Of a stretch of 64,000 nt of DNA, positions 41,519-50,669 are shown piece by piece. A program made the position numbers and the translations under genes. Under the pieces are notes generated by a model. That model was not told the DNA's origin, made no database searches, and saw only the letters and a program-made list of their open reading frames with translations. The stretch spans positions 25,784-89,783 of the forward strand of contig JWKQ01000001.1 of the NCBI GenBank assembly GCA_000806115.1, in the 5' to 3' direction. The DNA comes from an archaeon GW2011_AR5 (lineage in GTDB: Archaea; Aenigmatarchaeota; Aenigmatarchaeia; GW2011-AR5). Numbering within the stretch: position 1 is the stretch's first letter; each line of letters begins with the position of its first letter.

Positions 41519-41596
41519 ACAGGAGAATTTTCGATTCTCCTTGTATATGTGAACCCACTTGCGCGAAAATCTTTTGTGGGTTCACTATAAAAATAT
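41519..41596 (+). promoter_or_regulatory. two-hairpin module plus TATA box of the leaderless DNA ligase gene
   Basis: Stems at 41519-41528/41533-41544 and GTGAACCC 41549-41556/GGGTTCAC 41578-41585, then TATAAAAATAT at 41586-41596, centred ~25 nt before the ATG at 41615. Confidence 0.6.
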
Positions 41597-41614
41597 TGTA
41601 ATCAAATTCTATTC

Positions 41615-43258
41615 ATGAAATTCCTGCGGCTCGCCGAGCTTTATGAGCAGCTGGACGGCACAACCAAGAAGCTCGAAAAAAGGGATATTCTTGCCGAGTT
41701 CTATAAAAAGTGCGCCGACACCGAGCTCTACAAGGCTGTCGTGCTTTCCATGGGCACCGTGTTCCCGCGCGGCGAGCAGGAACTTGGCATAGCTGTCGGG
41801 ATGATCAAGAAAGTCATCGAGCGCGTCACTGGAGCATCGAACAGCGAAGTCGTGGAAAAATTCAAGACGACGGGCGACCTCGGGCTGGCTGCAGAAAAAT
41901 TGATGGAGAAAAGGAAACAAAATTCCCTCGCCAGGCGAGAGCTTACAATAGATCACGTTTTTGACAACCTCCGCAAACTGCCAACAATTACAGGACAGGG
42001 CAGCCAGGACAAAAAGATAGGACTGATAGCCGAGCTGCTTTCAGCCGCCGGGCCGAAGGAAGCCAGGTATATTGTCCGCACCGCCCTCGGGCAGATGAGG
42101 ATAGGCGTCGCCGCCGGAATTGTTCGCGACGCGATTGCAAAGGCATTCAGCCAGGACGCAAAGGAGATAGACAGGATACACGACATACTCGGCGATTTCG
42201 GAAAAGTTGCGGAGATGGCAAAAAAGGACAAGTTAAAGGCGGAGATGCAGGTTGGAATCCCGCTGCGCGTCATGCTGGCGGACAGGGCGGCTGACCTCAA
42301 GGAAGCAATGGAGAAATTCGAAAAGGTTGCAATAGAAACCAAGTACGACGGATTCCGCATACAATGCCATAAGAACGGGAACGATGTAAAAGTTTTCTCG
42401 CGCCGCATGGAAAATGTCACCAGGCAGTTCCCTGACATAGTTGCAATGGTCAAGGAAGGCGTCACGGCAAGGCAATGCATAATCGAGGGCGAGGCGCTGG
42501 CAATAAAGGCGGGACGCCCGCAGCCGTTCCAGACGCTTTCGCGGAGGATACAGAGGAAGCATGACATTGAAAGAACGGTAAAAGAGATACCGGTGCAGGT
42601 GAACCTTTTTGACCTTCTTTACCTGGACGGCGTTTCTTATCTAAATGAGACTTTTCGGGAGCGATGGAATCAGCTGAATAAAATAATATCAGAAAACAAA
42701 TCATTCAGGCTTGCTGAACATCTGGAAACGGAAGATTTCGAGAAAGCAGATAAATTCTACAAGAAATCCCTTGCAGCAGGACAGGAAGGCGTTATTGTGA
42801 AGAATCTGGATGCTCCCTACCAGCCCGGGAAGCGCGTCGGTTATTGGCTGAAAGTCAAATCTATATTGGACCCGCTTGATCTTGTGGTGGTCGGTGCCGA
42901 ATGGGGCGAGGGACGCAAGGCAAAGTGGTTTTCATCTGTTATCCTCGCCGCGCGCGATAAGGAAAAATTGGTGAGCACAGGCAGGATGGCCAGCGGCTTC
43001 ACGGAGGAGCAGCTTGAAGAATTGACAAAAACTTTGAAACCTTTAATCATAAGCGAGGAGGGAAAAGTTGTCACAGTAAAGCCTCAGGTTGTGCTGGAGA
43101 TAGGATATGAAGAGCTCCAGAAGTCGCCTAAATATGAATCTGGATACGCTATGCGATTTCCAAGATTGCTGAATTTCAGGTCGGACAAGTCTCCAGAGGA
43201 CTGCACGGCGCTGAAAGAGATCGAGAAGATATATAATTTGCAGCGGGGACGAAAATAA
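41615..43258 (+). CDS. lig: ATP-dependent DNA ligase
   Basis: 547 aa. Adenylation motif ETKYDGFRIQ (KxDG), EGEALA, EGVIVK and LKVK motifs. Confidence 0.93.
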   Translation: MKFLRLAELYEQLDGTTKKLEKRDILAEFYKKCADTELYKAVVLSMGTVFPRGEQELGIAVGMIKKVIERVTGASNSEVVEKFKTTGDLGLAAEKLMEKRKQNSLARRELTIDHVFDNLRKLPTITGQGSQDKKIGLIAELLSAAGPKEARYIVRTALGQMRIGVAAGIVRDAIAKAFSQDAKEIDRIHDILGDFGKVAEMAKKDKLKAEMQVGIPLRVMLADRAADLKEAMEKFEKVAIETKYDGFRIQCHKNGNDVKVFSRRMENVTRQFPDIVAMVKEGVTARQCIIEGEALAIKAGRPQPFQTLSRRIQRKHDIERTVKEIPVQVNLFDLLYLDGVSYLNETFRERWNQLNKIISENKSFRLAEHLETEDFEKADKFYKKSLAAGQEGVIVKNLDAPYQPGKRVGYWLKVKSILDPLDLVVVGAEWGEGRKAKWFSSVILAARDKEKLVSTGRMASGFTEEQLEELTKTLKPLIISEEGKVVTVKPQVVLEIGYEELQKSPKYESGYAMRFPRLLNFRSDKSPEDCTALKEIEKIYNLQRGRK

Positions 43259-43259
43259 T

Positions 43260-43697
43260 ATGAACGAACAGAAATTCCAGCTCGGCGTGAAGGCGCTTAT
43301 CACCAACAACAAGAACGAAATAATGCTGCTCCGCGTTGACACGTCCCACTTCAAGGATAAGAACAAGAATCTTTACTACTGGGATATACCTGGCGGACGC
43401 ATCCAGGAAGGTCATACTGTGGAGGACACTCTCCTAAGAGAAGTCGAAGAAGAAATCGGAACCAGGGAAATAAAAGTCGAAAGACACTTCGACTCGTTTG
43501 TTTCGAACATCAAGATACCGCCGCACAATGACGGACTGATACTTTTTGTTTTTCGGTGCATGCTGAAGAAACCAAACCAGAAAATCATACTCAACGAGGA
43601 AAGCACTGAATACAAATGGACGCCGGCGAAAGAGGCAAAGAAGCTTCTTACGCACAAGTACCCGAAGAGCTTCATTGATAAACTTGATTCAATTTAA
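43260..43697 (+). CDS. NUDIX hydrolase
   Basis: Nudix box GGRIQEGHTVEDTLLREVEEEIG. Confidence 0.85.
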   Translation: MNEQKFQLGVKALITNNKNEIMLLRVDTSHFKDKNKNLYYWDIPGGRIQEGHTVEDTLLREVEEEIGTREIKVERHFDSFVSNIKIPPHNDGLILFVFRCMLKKPNQKIILNEESTEYKWTPAKEAKKLLTHKYPKSFIDKLDSI

Positions 43698-43816
43698 AAA
43701 AACCGCCAGTCCCTGACCTGCGAGAATGACATCTGTGATTTGCAGCGCGGGCATTCTTCCGGGGCTTCCTCCGCTTCTATCTTGTTCGCGCATGTCATGC
43801 ACTGCCATTGCATCAT
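43694..43816 (-). CDS. small rubredoxin-like zinc-ribbon protein
   Basis: Hand translation gives MMQWQCMTCANKIEAEEAPEECPRCKSQMSFSQVRDWRFF (40 aa, below the track cut-off) with CxxC-x13-CxxC. It starts 3 nt after the glmS stop. Confidence 0.5.
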   Translation of the reverse strand: MMQWQCMTCANKIEAEEAPEECPRCKSQMSFSQVRDWRFF

Positions 43817-43818
43817 AA

Positions 43819-45543
43819 TCACTTCACCGTGACTGATTTCGCCAGGTTCCTAACTTTGTCAATCGGCAGACCTTTTTCTTTTGCTATGTAATAAGTAAGC
43901 AGCTGCCCCGCTATTGAAGCTTCTATTGAAAACGGAAACTTGTTGTGCGCCGATATCCTGATTGACTCCTGAAAACGCTCGTCATCCCGGTTCGTGACTG
44001 CAATTATTCTTCCGCCCCTTGCCTTTATTTCCATGACGTTTGAGATTATCTCCGGCTTATTGTCTATCAGCGCTATCACAGGCGTGCCTTCTTCTATTAA
44101 AGCCAAGGTTCCATGCTTCAGCTCGCCGCCCATCATCCCTTCCGCGTGTATGTAAGAAATTTCTTTTATCTTGAGGGCTATTTCTCTTGCCACGGGATAA
44201 AGATAACCGCGTCCTATGATGTAGATGTCCTTCTCGCCTTTCAGCGACTTTGCAAGCTGTTTTATTTTCCCCTCCTGGCTAAAAACATCCCTTATTTCAT
44301 CTGGTATTTTTGAGAAATCTTTCTCATAACCAAAAACCGAAGCCAGGTATGTAAGAGCCACCACCTGATTCACAAAGGATTTGGTTGCCGCCACGCATAT
44401 TTCCTGACCCGCTTCGATATTTATGGAAACGTTGCTCATTCTTTGTATAGTGGAATAAGGAACATTCACCAGCGAAGCTATTTTTGCGCCTTTGGCTTTC
44501 ATCCCGTGCAGCGCCTCGATGACATCCATTGTTTCGCCGCTCTGGCTGACCGCTATAAGAAGCGTTTTATCATCGACAAGATAGAAGTTCCTAAACTCGC
44601 TGGCTATTACGGCATGCGCTTCTACGCCTGCCTTGTTGAGAAAATAGACCCCGAGCAGTGCTGCGTGATAAGACGAGCCGCTAGCCACGAATACAATTCT
44701 TTTTGCGCCCTGTATAAGTTCTTTGAGCTTTTCCAGGCCCGGCTTCTGCTCTGTCCTTAATGAATTAATCAGTCTTTCTGCCACCTCAGGCTCCTCATTT
44801 ATTTCTTTTATCATATAATGGTCAAAATGATTCTTTTCTTCAGTTCCGGACCATTTCACAACTGTTATTTCCTTGCTAACAGGCTTCAGCATGTTATCCA
44901 GGAATTTGTAGAATTCATAACCGTCTTTATTCATTATTGCAAATTCATCCTCATTGAAGAAAATAGCCTTCTCTGTTTTATCCGAGAAAGCATAAATGTC
45001 GCTGGCAAGCACATTCCCATCGTCAAGCAGCCCGAGGGACAGGGGAGAGCCCCGTTTCAGTGCGTACAAGTTTTTGTCCCCCTTTAACATCATAACTATG
45101 GCAAATTCGCCCTGTGCTATCCGGAAAAATTCAAGAACAGACGATTTGATGTCATTGGTTTTCAGGGATTCCTCAAAGAAATGAGCTATCACTTCGGTAT
45201 CGGTCTCGCTGGTAAATTTATGTCCGACCAATTTATTTTTCAGTTCCTGATAATTACTAATGATTCCATTATGAACGAGAAAAATATTACCTGTGCAGTC
45301 GGTGTGCGGATGTGCATTCTCGCGAGTTACGCCGCCATGAGTCGCCCAGCGGCAGTGCGCCAAAGCCATTGAACATCTGTTTTCCTTGACAGGCTTTATC
45401 TCGCCAACTTCCTTCTCCATCATGCCCTTGTCGGTTACTATTCCGAATGAATCGTAGCCGCGGTATTCCAGGCGCTTGAGCATTTTGATTATGTCGTTGC
45501 TCCCGAATTCGTGTTTGGATGCCATTCCGATTATTCCGCACAT
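43819..45543 (-). CDS. glmS: glutamine--fructose-6-phosphate aminotransferase
   Basis: MCGIIG N-terminal nucleophile, two SIS domains and a C-terminal ..NLAKSVTV. Confidence 0.93.
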   Translation of the reverse strand: MCGIIGMASKHEFGSNDIIKMLKRLEYRGYDSFGIVTDKGMMEKEVGEIKPVKENRCSMALAHCRWATHGGVTRENAHPHTDCTGNIFLVHNGIISNYQELKNKLVGHKFTSETDTEVIAHFFEESLKTNDIKSSVLEFFRIAQGEFAIVMMLKGDKNLYALKRGSPLSLGLLDDGNVLASDIYAFSDKTEKAIFFNEDEFAIMNKDGYEFYKFLDNMLKPVSKEITVVKWSGTEEKNHFDHYMIKEINEEPEVAERLINSLRTEQKPGLEKLKELIQGAKRIVFVASGSSYHAALLGVYFLNKAGVEAHAVIASEFRNFYLVDDKTLLIAVSQSGETMDVIEALHGMKAKGAKIASLVNVPYSTIQRMSNVSINIEAGQEICVAATKSFVNQVVALTYLASVFGYEKDFSKIPDEIRDVFSQEGKIKQLAKSLKGEKDIYIIGRGYLYPVAREIALKIKEISYIHAEGMMGGELKHGTLALIEEGTPVIALIDNKPEIISNVMEIKARGGRIIAVTNRDDERFQESIRISAHNKFPFSIEASIAGQLLTYYIAKEKGLPIDKVRNLAKSVTVK

Positions 45544-45545
45544 AG

Positions 45546-46019
45546 TTATTCCACCATTTCCATTTCAAGCATAAGGCTGTATTTGAAAAATCCCACAGAC
45601 TCATAAAACTTTATCGCCGATACGTTCTTTTCAGATGCGGTAACGGCTATACGCCTCACGCTTTTGCTTTTGCACCAAATCACAAACTCCCTTACAAGGG
45701 ATTTGCCTACGCCCCTGTTTCTGAAGGGTTTTTTCACCAGCATATTTTCGAGCTCAGCCATTTTCACCTTTGTGCGGTATGAAAACGTGTTTCTTACCCT
45801 ACCCTCCAGATAACCTATAACTTTGCCTTCGATTTCCGCTATCAGCATGCAGCCTTCAGGCCTTTCTATTACTTTTAAAAAATAATCTTTCCCTTTGCTG
45901 TCCGGCCAGTCCATGTTCAGGGTTTTGTCAAATTCTGAATCCTCTTCAAAAAGGGATTTGTTCATCTTCACTATGTTTTCCAAGTCAGACTCTTTCGCGT
46001 GCCTGATTTTTATCTCCAT
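45546..46019 (-). CDS. GNAT-family N-acetyltransferase
   Basis: Acetyl-CoA loop VKKPFRNRGVGKSL. The ATG at 46019 lies 1 nt after the upstream stop. Confidence 0.8.
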   Translation of the reverse strand: MEIKIRHAKESDLENIVKMNKSLFEEDSEFDKTLNMDWPDSKGKDYFLKVIERPEGCMLIAEIEGKVIGYLEGRVRNTFSYRTKVKMAELENMLVKKPFRNRGVGKSLVREFVIWCKSKSVRRIAVTASEKNVSAIKFYESVGFFKYSLMLEMEMVE

Positions 46020-46020
46020 T

Positions 46021-47211
46021 TCATTCACTCTTCCTTTCTGACTGACGCGTTTCATGATTCCTGAAACTGCTCAGCGGTATCTCACTCTTGATGTCCTCTT
46101 CAACCGTGTGGCATGCGGGCACGAGTATGTCCGGCCAGATGCGCTTGCCCGGCATTATAGTCACGCGCGCACCGAGCTTCACGTTGTCGCCGACGACCGC
46201 GCCCAATTTGCGGCGTCCGCTGTCTACACGCATTCCGTTCACTTCCATCTTGACGTTCTTGTCGTCGAGCCTCAGGTTTGCAAAGAGCGTGCCGCCGCCC
46301 ACGTTGCAGTTCCTGCCGATGATTGAATCACCGACATATGCAAGATGCGAGACGAACGAGTTATCCATTATTATGGAATTCTTGGTTTCAACCGCCTGGC
46401 CGATCTTGCAGTTTTTTCCGATGGAAGAATATTTCCTGACGTAACAGTTCGGGCCTATGACGCTGCCTTCTGCAATGCTCACGGGATCCTCTATGACGGC
46501 GCCGGGCCTTAGCTCAACAGACTTGTCAATCCTGGAGCCGTACATGTCGAGCATGTGGATGTTCGCGTCAAGTATGTTCCACGGATAAGTAAGGGGTACC
46601 CACGTTTTCAGCGTATGATTGCGCACTTTCCCTTGGCCTATCAGGAGCTTGAGCGCGTCGGTAAGCTCGTATTCGCCGCGCGGCGACTTCTCAAGATTTT
46701 TCAGTATGCCAAATATCGAGCCGTCGAGCAGGTAAAGCCCGCAATTCACCAGATTTGATTTCGGCTTCTCAGGCTTCTCCTCGAGGCTTCTCACAAGCCC
46801 GTTCTCAACCTCCAGCACGCCGTAAGCCTTCGGATTTTCCGACACGAAGGAACTCATCACAGGCGCGTCCATTTCTGAAACGGACTTTATATCATCTTCG
46901 CCATAGATGTCGTCCCCATAAATCATGAGAAATTTTCCTTTTACCAATCCTTCCGCGCACAGAAGCGCATTGCCCGTGCCCAGCGGCTGTTCCTGAAATA
47001 CGAGGCGCACTTTCGGGTTGTTGATGAAGCCGGCTATTATGTCGCGCTGGCTTTCGCTCACGACAAGAACTATCTCCTCACAAAAGTCCAGGAAAGAGCA
47101 CGTCCATTCGAGCAGCGGGCGGTTTGCCACAGGTATCATTCCCTTGCTCATCGTGGCTGTGAGCGGCAGCATGCGCGTTCCACGCCCGGCCGCAAGTATT
47201 ACTGCTTTCAT
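46021..47211 (-). CDS. glmU: bifunctional sugar-1-phosphate nucleotidylyltransferase/acetyltransferase (archaeal GlmU-like)
   Basis: MKAVILAAGRGTRMLPLT N-terminus and C-terminal left-handed beta-helix hexapeptide repeats. Confidence 0.85.
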   Translation of the reverse strand: MKAVILAAGRGTRMLPLTATMSKGMIPVANRPLLEWTCSFLDFCEEIVLVVSESQRDIIAGFINNPKVRLVFQEQPLGTGNALLCAEGLVKGKFLMIYGDDIYGEDDIKSVSEMDAPVMSSFVSENPKAYGVLEVENGLVRSLEEKPEKPKSNLVNCGLYLLDGSIFGILKNLEKSPRGEYELTDALKLLIGQGKVRNHTLKTWVPLTYPWNILDANIHMLDMYGSRIDKSVELRPGAVIEDPVSIAEGSVIGPNCYVRKYSSIGKNCKIGQAVETKNSIIMDNSFVSHLAYVGDSIIGRNCNVGGGTLFANLRLDDKNVKMEVNGMRVDSGRRKLGAVVGDNVKLGARVTIMPGKRIWPDILVPACHTVEEDIKSEIPLSSFRNHETRQSERKSE

Positions 47212-47295
47212 TCAACCTCCTTACCCTCAAACCTTTAAGACTCCGTATTAAAACTTTTGTATTACTAGTATGAATATTTTCATAGAGGTTTGCAT

Positions 47296-48141
47296 ATGCA
47301 CATAGTAAAGGAAAACGGGACTCTTGTAATGGAGGCGGAGGAGAAGCAGCTTTTCTCAGGACTGCAGCTGAAGATAATGAAGTTGCTTGCCGAAAATGAG
47401 AAATACCCGAAGGAAATTGCCCGCGAGCTCCGCGCAGACGAGCAGAAAGTTTATTATCATATCAGGCAGCTCGAGAAGAAAGGCTTCATCAGTCTGGCGA
47501 AGAAAGAGGAACGGAGCGGGGCGCTGGCAAAGATATACCGCATCTCGAGCCCGGCATTTGTCGTGCGCTTCGGGGAGTTCGCGCGGGCAAGGCGCGTGCC
47601 GGGAAACGGATTTTACCCGTTCGTGAAAAACGGACTGCTGGACGCGAAAATAATTGTCGGCTCTCCCGACCCGCACGGCCCGGAGAAGGCAAGGAGCAGG
47701 GACGTATCTTTCGCCGTGGATCTTGCACTGTTCATCGGCACCTTCCTTACGAGAGCCGGGCATTCAGTCATTGAGGACAAGGATACCACCTCCGACGACC
47801 TCCGCAACAACCTGATAATAATCGGGGGACCCGTGACCAACAAGGTAACCAGGATGATAAACGAGAAGCTTCCCGTCAGGTTCGACAGCAGGAAGAACAT
47901 ACAATCGAAAAAGAGGACGTACAGGGGAGACGACTGCGGGTTCGTTGTAAAAACAGACAACCCGTGGAACGACGGAAAGAGCATCATGGTGATTGCCGGC
48001 AAACGCTACAGCGGAACCAAAGCGGCGGTTCTCGGCTTCATCAAACATTTCGAGCTTATAGAAAAGAGAAGCCACATGATTGTCGAGGGAATGGACAACG
48101 ATGGTGATGGTGAAATAGACGACGTCAGGGTGCTTGAGTAA
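47296..48141 (+). CDS. winged-helix regulator with large C-terminal domain
   Basis: LQLKIMKLLAENEKYPKEIARELRADEQKVYYHIRQLEKKGFI is an ArsR/MarR-type wHTH. The ~190-aa C-terminal domain is unassigned. Confidence 0.6.
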   Translation: MHIVKENGTLVMEAEEKQLFSGLQLKIMKLLAENEKYPKEIARELRADEQKVYYHIRQLEKKGFISLAKKEERSGALAKIYRISSPAFVVRFGEFARARRVPGNGFYPFVKNGLLDAKIIVGSPDPHGPEKARSRDVSFAVDLALFIGTFLTRAGHSVIEDKDTTSDDLRNNLIIIGGPVTNKVTRMINEKLPVRFDSRKNIQSKKRTYRGDDCGFVVKTDNPWNDGKSIMVIAGKRYSGTKAAVLGFIKHFELIEKRSHMIVEGMDNDGDGEIDDVRVLE

Positions 48142-48218
48142 CAGGAAATCTCTCAAATAAAGGAACTTTATAGTTCTACAAGGAAACAAACAAGAAAAAA
48201 ACCAGCTTGCTGTGAGAA

Positions 48219-48518
48219 TCAATCAACCGGCCTGTATCCGCGCCTTTTGGCTTCCTCTTCAAATATGGCAGCTTTCGGGTGATCAGTATAAACATCGACA
48301 TCTTCCCTGTTGTGATGCGATTCAATTCTTGCCACAGGATTTCCGTCAACGGCAACATCAACGTAATGAGGGTCCATGTCGACCCAGCCTGTACTTGCCT
48401 GTACGCCAAACTGCCCCAAAAAATCGCGCGTAAGACGATACCTGTTGGCAACAGCTGTCAAAACGCCTGAAAAATAACTCTTGCCTTCAATGTCACGGTG
48501 AAGATGCGATACGGGCAT
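48219..48518 (-). CDS. hypothetical protein downstream of tfb
   Basis: 99-aa ORF starting 8 nt after the tfb stop. No motif recognised. Confidence 0.4.
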   Translation of the reverse strand: MPVSHLHRDIEGKSYFSGVLTAVANRYRLTRDFLGQFGVQASTGWVDMDPHYVDVAVDGNPVARIESHHNREDVDVYTDHPKAAIFEEEAKRRGYRPVD

Positions 48519-48526
48519 AATATCAC

Positions 48527-49450
48527 TTATACTGTTTCCTCTTCCTTTGCCTTCTTTTCCACTTCTTCCTCTATGTCGAGGGCTTCAGCCATTTCCTTGT
48601 AGCGGTTGCGGATTGTGACTTCCGTAACGCCCACCACGTCCGCGACTTCCCTCTGCGTCTTGCGCTCGCCTTCGAGCACGGAAGCAATGTAAATTGCGGC
48701 GGCGGCGCATCCGCAAGGGCCCTTTCCACTGATAACATCTTTTTCCTTTGCCGTCTTCAGTATCTTGATAGCCCTCATCTGGGTGCGATCGCTAAGCTTA
48801 AGCATTGAGCTGAATCTTGGTATGTAAGACTCTGCACGAGCCGGAAGGATGCGTATATCCAGCTTTCTTGAAATGTAACGGTACGTGCGGCCCAGTTCGC
48901 GCTTTCCTATGCCGGAAGCCTGGCTGATTTCTGTCAGCGTTCTCGGCGTTTCGTACTCGCGGGACAATGAATATACAAGAGCTGCAATTATCGACTCGAT
49001 TGAGCGTCCTCTAACAAGCGATTTCTGCAAAGCTTTTTCGTAGAGCTTTGCAACCTCTTCATGGAGCGTTTTCGGAAGCCCCAGGAAGCTGATCAATCTC
49101 TGCAGCTCGCTCAGCGCAAAGGACATGTTCCTGTCCTTGCTTGTGAGCAGCCTTTTCTGCCATTTTCTAATTCTAAAGAATTGTGAACGCTTTTTTGCAG
49201 GCACCTTGAAAAGCTCCGTGGTGCCTTTTCCGATTTCCGTGGTAAGCCCCTTGTCGTGACGCTTGTGGGTGAGCGGCGCGCCCGTTCTTGCGCGCTTCAC
49301 TTTCTGGTCGTGGTCGAAAGCGCGCCATTCCTGCCCCGTGTCAACCATGCTCTCTTCTAGGACAAGCCCGCACTTTGCGCAGACTTTTTCCGCCTTTTCC
49401 GGGTCTCTATAGAAGTGCTTGGAACCGCACTCGGGGCATTTCTCGAACAT
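48527..49450 (-). CDS. tfb: transcription initiation factor IIB (TFB)
   Basis: Zinc ribbon CPECGS..x..CAKCG, B-reader region and two cyclin folds. The ATG at 49450 (MFEKCPECG) is preferred. Confidence 0.9.
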   Translation of the reverse strand: MFEKCPECGSKHFYRDPEKAEKVCAKCGLVLEESMVDTGQEWRAFDHDQKVKRARTGAPLTHKRHDKGLTTEIGKGTTELFKVPAKKRSQFFRIRKWQKRLLTSKDRNMSFALSELQRLISFLGLPKTLHEEVAKLYEKALQKSLVRGRSIESIIAALVYSLSREYETPRTLTEISQASGIGKRELGRTYRYISRKLDIRILPARAESYIPRFSSMLKLSDRTQMRAIKILKTAKEKDVISGKGPCGCAAAAIYIASVLEGERKTQREVADVVGVTEVTIRNRYKEMAEALDIEEEVEKKAKEEETV

Positions 49451-49703
49451 GGTTATCACATTCCTTCCCGACGCCAATCTTGCTGATGGAACGACGTGCA
49501 GAAGGCAAATCATCAAATTTTTGTAATTTATTACTTATTTGAGGTAACATTACGGCTGCTGTCTACAAACCATTAATTTACGCCGTAAAGTATTTAAAGG
49601 TTTGTGGTTTTTATGGGTGGTTTTTAAATATCCATCGGATTTTGGCAAAGTAGGTTAAGAACTGCGCAAAAGTTCTTATAACATCCAGGACAAGAGAGAA
49701 GAT

Positions 49704-50669
49704 ATGCTCACATTCCTCCTGTTCGCCGTCGGTATTGTCCTCATCACAGTTGTGCTGGCGTTTTTCGGGCTTACAGAGGTTGTGAATGTCGTCACCTCCG
49801 CTAACATGGAATACCTGGCATTGGCGCTGGCGCTGCAGCTTGTCATCCTCGGCTTGCTCGCATGCCGGCTGATAGTCATATCGAGGAGGCACGAGAGGCT
49901 AAGCTTTTTTTCAGCGTTCAGGATAAGCATGTCGGGAATGGCAATCAGCATGCTGACGCCGATAGCAAAGATAGGCGGGGAACCGCTAAAGATATACCTA
50001 CTCAGGAAGAAGAAATTCACCGGCTCGGAGGCGACTGCCATCATCGCGGTGGACACGCTTGCCGAACTGGCTTCGTCGCTGCTGGTTGTGCTTTTCGTTT
50101 TCGTCATGTTCGCGGAGCATGTTCCCGGGGTGATTTTCTCGTCTTTTGTCGTATTTCTGATAGTCGTGGCAGCCATACTGGTGGTATTCCTCAAGCTCCT
50201 CCTTAATCCCCGATGGATGAGAAAGCTGATACGATGGACCGCCAAGCGGATATCACGGGCTTCGCATGCAAGGAAGAAGGATTACGCGAGGCTTTTCTAC
50301 AACGCGTTCAACGTCCTGATAAAGGACAGGAAGATACTTGCGGGCTCATTCGGCATATCCTTCATAACCAAGCTGCTCGAGTTCGCGCGCATGTGGCTTG
50401 TTTTCGCCGCGATAGGCTCGGTGCTGAGCTGGGACGTCATCGTGATTGTATGGTCGGTCATACTCGTGCTTTACCTGGTGCCGTGGCTTCCCGGCTCATT
50501 GGGGCTGGTGGAATTCTTCGGTGCAGGCACGCTGGTATTCTTCGGACTTACCAGCAGCGCGGCAGCCGGCGGGCTGCTGCTTGACAGGTTCATCAGCTTC
50601 TGGTTCGTGCTGATACTCGGCTTGCTGATAAGCACAACCATGCCGCTTCCCAAACGGCTGAAGAAATAA
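49704..50669 (+). CDS. polytopic membrane protein, LPG-synthase-TM/flippase-like (UPF0104-like)
   Basis: 321 aa with ~8 TM helices and the short charged loops characteristic of this family. Assigned on architecture only. Confidence 0.5.
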   Translation: MLTFLLFAVGIVLITVVLAFFGLTEVVNVVTSANMEYLALALALQLVILGLLACRLIVISRRHERLSFFSAFRISMSGMAISMLTPIAKIGGEPLKIYLLRKKKFTGSEATAIIAVDTLAELASSLLVVLFVFVMFAEHVPGVIFSSFVVFLIVVAAILVVFLKLLLNPRWMRKLIRWTAKRISRASHARKKDYARLFYNAFNVLIKDRKILAGSFGISFITKLLEFARMWLVFAAIGSVLSWDVIVIVWSVILVLYLVPWLPGSLGLVEFFGAGTLVFFGLTSSAAAGGLLLDRFISFWFVLILGLLISTTMPLPKRLKK

